From NCBI RefSeq assembly GCF_009914755.1, contig NC_060934.1: DNA of 64,000 nucleotides. One strand, written 5' to 3'. Shown one piece after another: positions 26,211 through 38,380 of the stretch. Numbering within the stretch: position 1 is the first letter of the stretch; the number at the start of each line of letters is the position of its first letter. The translations under genes and the position numbers were made by a program. The notes beneath the pieces were generated by a model, which saw only the letters and a list, made by a program, of their open reading frames with translations, did not search any database and was not told the DNA's origin. The DNA is from the human T2T-CHM13v2.0 reference genome, Homo sapiens.

Positions 26211-26689
26211 ATGACTCCAGATAAGCACTTTGTCCACTGTGCTGTGCGTGAGAACACTTACATTTGCCTAGAATCAGGAAAGGCTTCCCAGAGGTTGTGG
26301 TGTTTGTGCCCAGACCTGAGTGAGGAGGATCTTCATTACCTTGGTCCTCAAGTTCTATTTTACCTGTGCACAGCAGGCATGGGGCCAAATAACATCTGTC
26401 CAAAGATTTCTGTGATTTCATGAGTGGCAGAAACAGATTTCATACTGGGCACCAACAAGACCTATGGAGGGCTACTGGGGAGACAGAGCTAGTTAAACAC
26501 TAGGCTGGGCTTGGGACATCCCACCTTTGAGGGACCCGCATACCATGTGCAAGAACACGCTCTAGCCCTTGGGTAGTTGGAGGAAAAGCTCCACTGCCCT
26601 CAGAAGCTTGTTTCCTGGGACAAGGCTAGAAGTGGGCTTTCCAGGCTTGTTCAGGACCCAGGCCCATTGTCTACAGTGTGACAGGAACC

Positions 26690-28660
26690 CCATGAATTTT
26701 AATAGCCTCCATTCAGAGTGATTAAAACCTTAATGAAATTTAATTATCTTGATGTTAAGCGTTTTGTGTTAAGTTATTGCATTCTGACCACTCATTGTTC
26801 CCTGCAAGCTCAGGGCTGCTAACCCTACCTCTACCTTAATGGAAAGGAAAGTTGAATATATTTAAATGAAATTTCCCCCAAAGTAATTGCCTTCAATGAA
26901 ACACCAAGTAGGCGTCAGGAATGAATTTATAAATTGGGCCGGCTGCAGATGAGAGCTACCATATTTGGAATGGTTCTCATTAATCCAGGGTCTCCAGAAG
27001 GAGCGATGTGAAAAGCGCAGACTGTAAGTGACAGGTGTTTATGGCTCGCAATTGCATTAAACAGGCTTTTAAATGCAGGTTAAAGGCCCTGTGAAATATA
27101 GAATATACCTTAAAACATGGCCTAAATTTTTTGCCATTTTGGACTTTGCATTACTTACCTACGGAATTAGTTGAGCTTTCGGTTAATCAACTGTCAGTGT
27201 AAATTGCAGTCAAGCGAAATGCTTATAAATACCGGTAAGCACAGTTTGCTTTGGCCTGTTGCTTTTTTTCCTTCTTCTTCCCCTGGGCCTTCCGAAGGCC
27301 TTCAGCTGATGGAGAGCTTTTAATTTCACATTTTGGCCCCCACCGCAGGTGATAAACAAAGGTTTCCCCGCTGCTCTGGCTAGGGTCAGTTATCCGGCCT
27401 CCCCGTCAATCCCACTCCCCGTAATTACACACAAAAGGTGCCTGAGATCCACAGCTAATTTGCGGCCTCTGTTTAGCAGAATTTAATAGCAGGTATTACT
27501 GCTGCCGCGGTAATTAAGGACCTTTGTCAATAAGACGGAATGGATGGCCACACTTGGTTGTAATCAGTGGGCTCTCGAGAGCCAGAGGAGTAAAAGGGAG
27601 AGAAGCAATCCATTTTGTGAATAACACGGCCCTCCCTCCCGCCCAGATCGGGCAATGGAATAATAATTCCCCAGGCAATGAAAGTACAGGAATAAAAGTA
27701 CTTACCCTCCAGCCGGTGATTTTTTTTTTGACTTTTTATTTACTCTACTGAGCTTTCTTATTTGCTCCAGGCTGCATTTGATGAAGTATTGTTTAAACAG
27801 CACAGAGCAAAATGGATGGAGGGAGGTGGGGAGAGGAGGAGGAATTTTAACCAGGTGGCGAGAGGGAGGCGCCGTCCTTTAAGGTGGACGGCCGTTGGGT
27901 TTATCAATTATTTCTCCGGGATACAAAAAAAAAAAAAAAAGACAAAACCAAGTGGCTTCATGAAGAGGTGGAGGGTGTCATTTAGCGCCGTCTCTGAACA
28001 TAGTCATTCAGCTCTAAATGGGTCGCCTGTAACAAGCGAGAAGTGAGCTTGGGGGAGACTTGCCACCCTCCCACCTCCTCCCTAATGTACGGATGAATGG
28101 CCCGGCGGAGGGGGCGGCGGGGAAAGGGAGGGGGCAGGGGCTGGCGGCCACAATTCAAAGACACCGTCAAGGTGTGTGCCCCTCGCCGTAATTGGAGAGG
28201 AAGCTGCCTTTCCCTCGCCGATTCCCTGCCTTTTTACTGGTTTTAACAAGCATGATGCTTTTAATAGTGCTTTGAGTACCATCTCTTTATATGCCTCTCC
28301 CTTTTTAAAGCAGCTTTAACTATACTCTTTCTGTCGCTAATGTCTGAAAAACTTCTACCTTTAATCATTCTCGGAAGAGCCGGCAAACAAGCGGCCCTTT
28401 CCTTTTGCAATTATGTGCCTGGTAGCCGCTGCCCGGCCGGCGAGCGGGAAGGCAGCCGGGAGCTGCGAGTGTGTGGATTATGTGGATCTGACGCCAGGCT
28501 CGGAGAGTGGGGGCATCACGAGGGGCTTCTTGTTACAGAAGGGCTGGGGGTCAATTTTAAATGCCCAAACCTGCAAGCAGGAAGCCAACAAGCCATTTGA
28601 CCACTATTAACAATGCACCTGAATTTGGCTAATTAAAAAAGATTGAAATTAAGTTTGTGG
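26690..28660. promoter_or_regulatory. Large candidate enhancer with a CpG-rich core
   Basis: ~2 kb with no recognisable transposon; dense TAAT/ATTA motifs; TGACAGGTGTTTATGG composite (27029-27044); many CpGs at ~27340-28520; GC box and G-quadruplex motif at 28110-28140. Confidence 0.6.
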
Positions 28661-29314
28661 CAAAACCCACACCTTCCTCCCGCAACCCATGTCCAAACTG
28701 GGCTGATGGGTGAGGTCTTCCTGTAAATTGAGCCTTGAGGGTTTCACATCTGCCTTCCAGGCTGGGTGGGTTGGCTCCGATGCAGGTTTGGAAATAAAAG
28801 GGAAAGAGGAGGGGCAGATTCCATCCCCTGTGGAGGAGTGTGCACACAGCTTTTGGGTCCCTCAAAGGAATGGCAGGGGCAAGGCTGGGAGCTTCAGGGC
28901 CTCTAGGATGGCTCCTGGCTCAACAGAGACTCACAAGCCCAGGAGGGCAGAACTGGGACAGGGAGGGCCATGGAAGTCACCTGTCCTGTCCTGTTTCCTT
29001 GTCCGTCCCATTCTTGTCTTCTGAAAATGAGACTCTTTTTTTGGAAATATCTGTCAAGGTGAAGTTCGGGAGATGTTCCAGAGGTGCCTTCCTTCCCAGA
29101 GAGCAGCTCTGGGGGTGGGGGGCGGGGGGAAGGGAGAGAGAAGGGTCTCTTTAGAGCTTCTGTGCATCCTTTATTCAAAGGTATCAGTCAGAAAAGGATC
29201 CCTTCGATCCATATCCCACATTCATTAGAGTTCAGATCCCAACTCTGGGGCACTCTCACTCTAATTCAGCTTGAGAAGTGGTTTTCTAATCTGTAAAATG
29301 CAGGTAAGAATGGC

Positions 29315-29767
29315 TCTGGCAGGCTGACTGTAACCGCTCTGAATATATCAAGTCCTAAGCCCTAGAACCTGTGAATGTTGTTACCTTTATAAGTAAAAAA
29401 GGTCTTCCCAGATGTGATTTAAGTTAAGGATCTTGAGATGGGAAATTATCCAGGTGGGCCTTAAATGCAATCACAAGTGTCCTCATAGGAGAGAAGCAGA
29501 GGGAGATGTGACACAGAGAGGGGAAGGTAATGGAAGAGATGGAAACAGAGATTGGGATGATGTGGCCAAAAGCCAAAACATGCTGGCAGCCACCAGAATC
29601 TGGAAGAAGCAATAAATGGATTCTCTAAAGCCTTTGGTGGGGCACAGCCCTGTCCACACCTTGATTTTGGCCTTCTGTCCTCTAGTACTCTGAGATGATA
29701 AATTTCCCTTGTTTTAAGCCACTCAGTTTGTGGTAATTTATCACAACAGCCACAGGACACCAGCACA
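29315..29767 (+). mobile_element. MLT1C-like ERVL-MaLR LTR
   Basis: GAACCTGTGAATGT...AAGTTAAGGATCTTGAGATGGG...TAAATGCAATCACAAGTGTCC...TGTTTTAAGCCACTCAGTTTGTGGTAATTT. Confidence 0.85.
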
Positions 29768-31107
29768 GATGCCTCAGGGGAAGGTCCTCTTCCATAAGTG
29801 GGGCAAGCAAGCACTTGAGGACAGACAGGAGGTTCTGCAGTTGTGCCTCCTGGCCAGGAGGGCAAGGGGGCCTGGGATCCTGGTGTGCAGCAGGCATCCT
29901 GATACACGTGGAATTTTACAGTGGTGTTACTTGGAGCATCGGCTGTGGGGTATGCTGCATTCCAGTCCTTGAGGAAGGGGGTGTCATCCAGGTGTGGGTG
30001 CCCAGGGAGGGGAGCACACTCCGGAGCTTGAGTAGGGGTCTAACATGGCTCAGCACAAGGCAGGACTGAAGCTGTGGCTGAGGTTTTACGTCCCCTCAGC
30101 TGGAGGAACTGGACAGACGGGTGACTCCCTCTCACCCCACTGGGTGAAAAGAACATATTAAAAAACCACAAAAATATATAACTATCTCTCAGTGAGCAAC
30201 TTCTTATGCAGAAAGGATTTTCCCCTGTCAAAGAAATTTTCTCAAAGATCTGTTCACTACTATTTTTATAAATCTTATTCTTTTACACAATAGCCTTAAT
30301 ACTTTGGAATAAATTTTTGGGTTAAGAGGTAGGTTGTTTCCATTGTGTTAGTTGTAAGTGCTACTTTTTCATATTTGGATAGTAATTCTAATTCATAGCA
30401 CAATGGAGTTTAGAGTTCAGAATAGGATGTATTTCTTGATTGATTTTTTGTTAATATCTATTGGGTGCTCGATATGTGTTATGAGGATGAAATGAGAGAC
30501 TGTGGCCTAAAAGAGACAAAAAGCTTGCCCAAGTCACCTAGCGGTGGTGGCACCAGGCCGTGAGTGCAGCCATCTGACTTCGGAGTTTAGTTCTTCACGC
30601 CCACGCTTTTGGAAGCCAAGGATGAGACCTGCATCTGGTTCTGCGGGGTTTTATTGGGAGATCTAGTTGTGCCCGCTGCAGATGGCACTCCCCACCCCCA
30701 CAGGGCCTCATCCCAGGCCCAACCACATCTTCCTTCTGTACAGCGGGCATGGCACCTGCGCCCTTGGGGAGTGTCCACTGTTTTGTTGAATTGCTACTGG
30801 GAGTTGAAGAGGCTTTGGAGCATTCGTGCTAAATGGGATCCCTTTGAAAGGCATCTCTAAGTATAAGCAGAAATCAAGTTTGGCAGAAGTGATTCACAGA
30901 CATCCCAGGCACAAAGCACATTCTCCTATAAGGAGAATGTTAATTTGTTCTAGAAGCACAGCAATTAAAGGGCAATGTCCATCAAGTGGTCATATTGGTT
31001 TGTAGCAGTTATGTCAAAATCCATAGCAAACCCCAATCTGCATTTTCAGAGTAGAGAGATGTGTCCTGTTGTTTGGAGGAAGCCTGCTACAGCTGGGCCT
31101 TAAGGCC

Positions 31108-31466
31108 TGTATTAGTCCATTCTCATGCTGCTGATAAAGGCATGCCCAAGACTGGGTAATTTATAAAGAAAAAGAGGTTTAATGGACTCACAGTTCCACA
31201 TGGCTGGGGAGACCTCACAATCATGGTGGAAGGTGAAAGGCACTTCTTACCTGGAGGCAGACAAGAGAGAATGAGAGAGCCAAGAGAAAAGGGAAACCCG
31301 TTATAAAACCATCAGCTCTTGTGAGACTTATTCGCTACCAGGAGAAGAGCTTGGGGGAAACCACCCCTGTGATTCAATTATCTCCCAGTGGGTCCCTCCC
31401 ACAATACATGGGAATTATGGGAGCTACAATTCAAGATTTGGGTGGGAATACAGCCAAACCATATCA
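31108..31466 (-). mobile_element. THE1B/C solo LTR
   Basis: TGTATTAGTCCATTCTCATGCTGCTGATAAAG...GACTGGGTAATTTATAAAGAAAAAGAGGTTTAATGGACTCACAGTTCCACATGGCTGGGGAG...CAGCCAAACCATATCA; 359 bp. Confidence 0.92.
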
Positions 31467-31749
31467 CAGCCATAACACACCATGCCCCAGCCTCTGCCCC
31501 AGTGCCTTTGCTCCACAGCCAGCTCCTGATCAGGGAGAGTTACTGTTGTCTTGCAAGTGTATGTCACAGCAGCAGGTTGGGCCTGTAGGCCAAAGCAGCT
31601 CCCAACAGAGCATACTGGGTTTTGCATTCTTCTTAGAGCACTAGATGGAGTATGGCTGTGTTTATATGAACTGCGAATCCTGACCAGGTCTTGGTGTGAT
31701 GAGGTATGATGGAGGCCATAGGGCCCTGTGGTGGAGGGCTGTGTAGCAG

Positions 31750-32460
<711 letters not shown>

Positions 32461-32624
32461 CCTATAACTCCTAGATCTTTAGGTGCCACTGAAGCCCATT
32501 GGTGTCATCTACCTGGTTAGTCGCAGACTCCGGACTGCTCTGCGTGTCATGTGGTTCTGGCTGCTGTAGGGCAGGGAAGAGAGATGTGTCAGACTTTGTT
32601 CCTGTCCCCAAGAAATGTCCCCAC

Positions 32625-32810
32625 ATAGTGTTGACAGACTTAACTGCATGCCTGATTAAATTTGAGTTTCAGATACTCGATGAATAATTTTCAGTAATTA
32701 GTATCCAAATACTGTATGGGACATACTTAAACTAAAAATTATTTACTGTGTATCTGGATTAAAATTTGACTCACTGTCCTGAATTTTTATTTGCGAAATC
32801 TGGCATCCCA
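32625..32810. mobile_element. MER53 (palindromic hAT element)
   Basis: TTAAATTTGAGTTTCAGATA...TGGGACATACTTAAACTAAAAATTATTT...TATCTG...TTTTATTTGCGAAATCTGGCATCCC. Confidence 0.8.
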
Positions 32811-33324
32811 ATGGCCCCTCATCCTATGTAAAAATGCCCAACTTGAGGTCTCTGTCCATTGGTTTGGGGAGTCCCTCTGAGATTGCTGTTACCCAGATTC
32901 TGACTTTGCTCCATCTTTTCTTTGGTCACGGGACCCTGGGAGAGTTCTCCCTTCCTTCTGTCCTGTGCCTCAGTTTCTTCCTCTGTACTGGCTTATTGCT
33001 CAAAGGTCCTTTCTGTTTCCCTTTCTCTCACTTCAGAGTTGGTGGAACACATCTGGCCAATCTGGCATTTTGGTATTGTGTAGACAAAATGACCCACTGG
33101 CTTGATTGCATCTTTAACTTTTCAAATGCTTGTTTTGGCTTCATGTAGACACAATCCAAATGCCTCTGACCTGCCCTTTCAGTCCCAATTCTCAGCACTT
33201 GTAAGGAAAAGTCTCTTTGTAACTCTGCCCAATTCCCCCAGCTGTGTCTCTAAAGGGCATTTTGAAGCCCTTTTAATTTCCAATCCATTATAAAAATAAA
33301 TCTTTGGAGGGTTTGCTTCCTACA

Positions 33325-33570
33325 TAGCAGCATGCTTTTTGGCTTGACAGCTGTCAAACTGAGAAACATTCCATGAATTCTCCACGTAATTTAAAAGTTG
33401 CTCGGACTGAAATACGGGGTGATGTCTGCTCAGCTGAAAGGGTGCCATTTGTACGTGGGTAATTCAATTCACTTGATTTTTTTTTTTTCAGGGAATTACT
33501 TTCATAAGGAAAAGAAGAAGGAGTACATTTTACTCAATTATGAAATTGGTGTTCTGATCCAACTTGTGAC
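33325..33570. promoter_or_regulatory. Candidate enhancer with a TALE-dimer palindrome
   Basis: TTGACAGCTGTCAA (33344-33357); CGTAATTTA; GGTAATTCAATT; no recognisable repeat. Confidence 0.45.
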
Positions 33571-34269
33571 TCTATTTCTAATCGGTTCTACCTTTCACTG
33601 CGCCTCTGGGAGGGGCAGTCTCTTCAACCATCACTTGTTCTTTGGCAATAATTACTTTTGGATGAGAACAGCAAGTCCATTTTGGGGGTTGTGTTCTGTG
33701 ACATATATGTCTCTATATAAAATCCTTTTAGAATCTAAGCCTCTCACTCACATATGAGTTTCTTTCTCTTCAGAGATTAAAATACTGCAGCCACCATTTG
33801 TTTTGAGCAAACACAGTACTGTGAAGTCCTGTAATAGCTCGTTGGGGATTCTAAGCCACAGATTTTCTTATTAATCTTGCTAACACCTAAGAAGGTATGG
33901 GCGCCTCCCAAATGCATAAGCTTTATGCTCATTTGCTTTAATCCCTCAACATTTACCCTGCTGCTCCAGTCACGGCTCTGCCAGCTTCATTTGGCTCCTT
34001 CCTTCCCTCCCTTTCTTATCTGTCTCTTTTCCCTTCTTTCTTTTTTTCCTCCATGGATTTGCACTTTTTAGTCTCAATAAAAGGACTCGATGTCTGCCAT
34101 TGGAAAACCTTACTTTCATTTCTTCCCCCAGAAAAATGAAACAGGTTTCTTTTAACTAGTGGAAGGCTCTCCTCTCTAAAAGGTTTTTATTATTGAGTGC
34201 CCGGGGTCCTTAGTTTCTGACATTTATCTTCCAGCTAAGCAGGAACAAAAGAGGGAGGCAGCCTTCTGC

Positions 34270-34585
34270 ACCCCGAGTTTCTGAGTAATCACCCAGCGGT
34301 TAAATTGAAGCAGCCGCAACATCTTCTTCATTGTGTCACTTTGGGCTTCCTTGTTAATTTATGAGCCTCAACTGTCAAAATAGTTTGTGCAACGGATCCT
34401 AAAAACGGTGATGGGTCGTGTCAATCAATCGGGTTTTATAGCCCCGGTTTCCCTCGCGGCAGGCCTGCCTTCTGTATACAGCATGTTAAAAAGAAAACCA
34501 CTATACCATAGACGTGCTCAAAATGAGTACATCACGCCCAACAATGCATCCCTTCATGTATGGCTCCAGGATGCTTAATGCGCCA
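34270..34585. promoter_or_regulatory. Candidate enhancer with PBX/MEIS/HOX-type motifs
   Basis: TGTCAATCA (34419-34427), CTGTCA, TAATTTATGA and retained CpGs; no recognisable repeat. Confidence 0.45.
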
Positions 34586-34808
34586 TCAGTGCTCCACCTC
34601 TGAGGCCCTTGTGATGACAGCTGGAAGCTGTTGAGCCTGTTGTGGGGGTGTCCCCCTGCCAGGGCATCCCACTATTTCAAGTGTCCCATCTCCATGATTG
34701 GAACTCAATGGTCTCAAGATGGCACCATCAGAGGCCTTCGGACAAGCATGCGGTGATGAGCAATGGTTGGGGCAAAATACCCCTCCAATGAGACAAAAAT
34801 TTTCCTTA

Positions 34809-35166
<358 letters not shown>

Positions 35167-35580
35167 GATTGTCAGTAACTCAAAAAACCTGTCTGCAGAT
35201 TTGAATTTTGCTTTCAGGTGCTGGCCGACTTTCCTGTCTGAGGTGGACCACTTGATAATATAGGGGCTTTTCACAGACATTTTCTATGTTCTTCTTGGTT
35301 CTAGTCTCTAGGCTCAGGGTTTTTCATTATTCAGATTTTTCCCTTTTATTTTTCTTATCACAAACACAAGTTAATTATGAAAAACTTGGAAAATACGGAG
35401 AAGTATGGAGAACAGCAAAATCTGTTCTCTATCCAGGGGCAACCTCTGCTAACATTTGGTATATTTTCTGCCTTCTGTGTATATGATTTTACATATTTGA
35501 GATAATCTGTCTACACAATGTTATTTCCTGCTTTAAAAACATTTCTCTAAGCTTTTAACATTTTTGTGGTAAAGTCGTGT

Positions 35581-37007
35581 TGTGTCCGGAATTGGTGGGT
35601 TCTTGGTCTCACTGACTTCAAGAATGAAGCCGCGGACCCTCTCGGTGAGTGTCACAGTTCTTAAAGGCGGCGTGTCCGGAGTTTGTTCCTTCTGATGTTC
35701 AGATGTGTTCGGAGTTTCTTCCTTCTGGTGGGTTCGTGGTCTCGCCGGCTCAGGAGTGAAGCTGCAGACCTTCGCGGCGAGTGTTACAGCTCTTAAGGCG
35801 GCGCGTCTGGAGTTGTTCGTTCCTCCTGGTGGGCTCGTGGTCTCGCTGGCTTCAGGAGTGAAGCTGGAGACCTTCGTGGTGAGTGTTACGGCTCAAAAGC
35901 AGTGTGGACCCAAAGAGTGAGCAGTAGCAAGATTTATTGCAAAGAGCAAAAGAACAAAGCTTCCACACTGCAGAAGGGGACCCCAGCGGGTTGCCACGGC
36001 TGGCTCCGGCAGCCTGCTTGTATTCTCTTATCTGGCCCCACCCACATCCTGCTGATTGGTAGAGCCAAGAGGTCTGTTTTGACAGGGCACTGATTGGTGC
36101 GTTTACAATCCCTGAGCTAGACACAAAGGTTCTCCACCTCCCCACCAGATTAGGTAGATACAGAGTGTGGACACAAAGGTTCTCCAAGTCCCCACCAGAG
36201 TAGCTAGATACAGAGTGTCGATTGGTGCATTCACAAACCCTGAGCTAGACACAGGGTGCTGATTGGTGTGTTTACAAACCTTGAGCTAGATACAGAGTGC
36301 CAATTGGTGTATTTACAATCCCTGGGCTAGACATAAAGGTTCTCCACGTCCCCACCAGACTCAGGAGCGCAGCTGGCTTCACCCAGTGGATCCCGCAAAG
36401 GGGCTGCAGGTGGAGCTGCCTGCCAGTCCCGTGCCATGCGCCCCACTCCTCAGCCCTTGGGTGGTCGATGGGACTGGGCGCCTTGGAGCAGGGGGCGGCG
36501 CTCGTCGGGGAGGCTCGGGCCGCACAGGAGCCCACGGAGGGGGTGGGAGGCTCAGGCATGGCGGGCTGCAGGTCCCGAGCCCTGCCCCGCGGGAAGGCAG
36601 CTAAGGCCTGGCGAGAAATCGAGCGCAGGGCCGGTGGGCCAGCACTGCTGGGGGACCCAGTACACCCTCCGCAGCCGCCGGCCCGGGTACTAAGCCCCTC
36701 CTTGCCCGGGCCTGCAGGGCCGGCGAAGGCTGCTCAGAGTGCGGGGCCCGCCAAGCCCACGCCCACCTGGAACTCTAGCTGGCCCGCAAGTGCCGCGCAG
36801 CCCGGGTTCCCGCTCGCGCCTCACCCTCCACACCTCCCTGCAAGCTGAGGGAGCCGGCTCCGGCCTTGGCCAGCCCAGAAAGGGGCTCCCACAGTGCAGT
36901 GGTGGGCTGAAGGGCTCCTCAAGTGCCACCAAAGTGGGAGCCCAGGCAGAGGAGGCGCCAAGAGCGAGCGAGGGCTGTGAGGACTGCCAGCACGCTGTCA
37001 CCTCTCA
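35581..37007 (-). mobile_element. Solo LTR12C (ERV9/HERV9) LTR, 1427 bp
   Basis: Minus strand begins TGAGAGGTGACAGCGTGCTGGCAGTCCTCACAGCCCTCGCTCGCTCT and ends GAACCCACCAATTCCGGACACA. CpG-rich U3, tandem CCAAT-containing repeats at 36050-36360, 4-bp TSD GTGT/CTGT. Confidence 0.96.
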
Positions 37008-37089
37008 CTGTTGTTTGGTATGTACCACAGCTTAGTTAGGCTGACAGACTGTCTGAAACAGCCTCCAATTTAGTGATCTGCTGAACTGA

Positions 37090-37400
37090 ACACTTTCTAG
37101 TCTCCAAAATGTCTCCTCTCATTGCAAAGAACACCATGAAGCCCCTATGTTTTCTGCAAGGGTATTAACCCTTTCTTGGGTGCCTTCTCCTAACCTTCTG
37201 TATGTTGCCAATAAACTCCTACTCATCCTTCAAGACCCAGTTGAAACAAGCCCATCCTCCATGAATTCTGAATTCTATCCTCAATGGAGTTGGCCCTGCT
37301 CTTCTTTGTGCTGACATCCATGTTAACTCACCTATGTTAGGATCACTGAATGGCATTTAGCAGTCTCTCTCATCTCCCTCTGCTGGTCCTTAGATGCACC
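37090..37400 (+). mobile_element. L2 fragment
   Basis: AAACTCCTACTCATCCTTCAAGACCCAGTTGAAA is characteristic of L2. Confidence 0.65.
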
Positions 37401-37789
37401 ATGCATATCTAAGTCTGAACTGCAGTCATCTGTGTTGATGACTGGCCATCCTGAGCTGCCCAGGGCAGCCCAGTGTGCATGGAACCTCCAGTTTTCTTAA
37501 CTGTGCCTGCCATGGTAACAGATAAACCAGCCATTTAGAAGTATAGTTCAGGTGTTTGGGAGACTGAAATAAAACAACACTAAAAAACTTTTCAAGCTCC
37601 CAGGTTCTTCCGTGATTTCCACTTGGGGTGTGAGTACATTTCCTCCAAATGTCCCTGTTGTTGATAGCTGTTGCCAGAGTTCATGACGGCATTTGCACTG
37701 AAAATTCCTAATTTGATATTTCTCTTGTGAATTTAATGAGTTGGAAAAAGTGTCATTTAGAGCTAGTTTCCTCTTTGTGCTTTGAAAAA

Positions 37790-38380
37790 TGAAATGCACG
37801 TAGTTATCTGTAAATGAGATAATTACCTCCCTACTTTGCTAAAGGCACCTACTAGTGATTTTTTAGCTTGTTTCACTTAATGAAAGCTTTTCAAAATGGG
37901 AAGCCCAGAGCTGTTAATAGACTTGTTGTAATAGTCTCTGAGAAAGGGAAATAAAAACCAGTTGTTCCAAACCAGTCACAGAAATAGCCTGACGAGATGG
38001 GTGGCAGCTCAGGCATAAATTTAAGTCTTGGTTGCATTTAGAGCAAATGTAATAATAGCTGCAACCAATATTTTTAATATTACTGATCTTTCAACAATAA
38101 TTACCTAGAACTTTTAATGTCTGCAATTAAATGCTAGCAATTCAATGGTACAGACCAGTGGTGAACTGCATGAAATTGGATACTTGCTGTAATTGGTAAT
38201 TAATCACTTTTCATTACCAGGAAGGGATGTTGTAGTTATTCTGAATAGATACATCATGCTAATTACAGGCAAACACAAACCTACATATTTGAATTTAGGG
38301 CTTTTAGGAAAATAAGCAACCCATGCCAATATTTTATAGCTGAGAGGAGATTAGCCTACCCAATTAAACGACGAAGAAGA
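37790..38380. promoter_or_regulatory. Candidate AT-rich conserved non-coding element
   Basis: No recognisable repeat; very dense homeodomain cores (GTAATTGGTAATTAATCA, GCAATTAA, GCTAATTAC, CCAATTAA). Inferred. Confidence 0.4.

Noticed and set aside
35705-37035. Cluster of GC-rich ORFs up to 183 aa and an apparent CpG island
   Set aside because: Essentially all inside the LTR12C. The GC content explains both the open frames and the CpGs.
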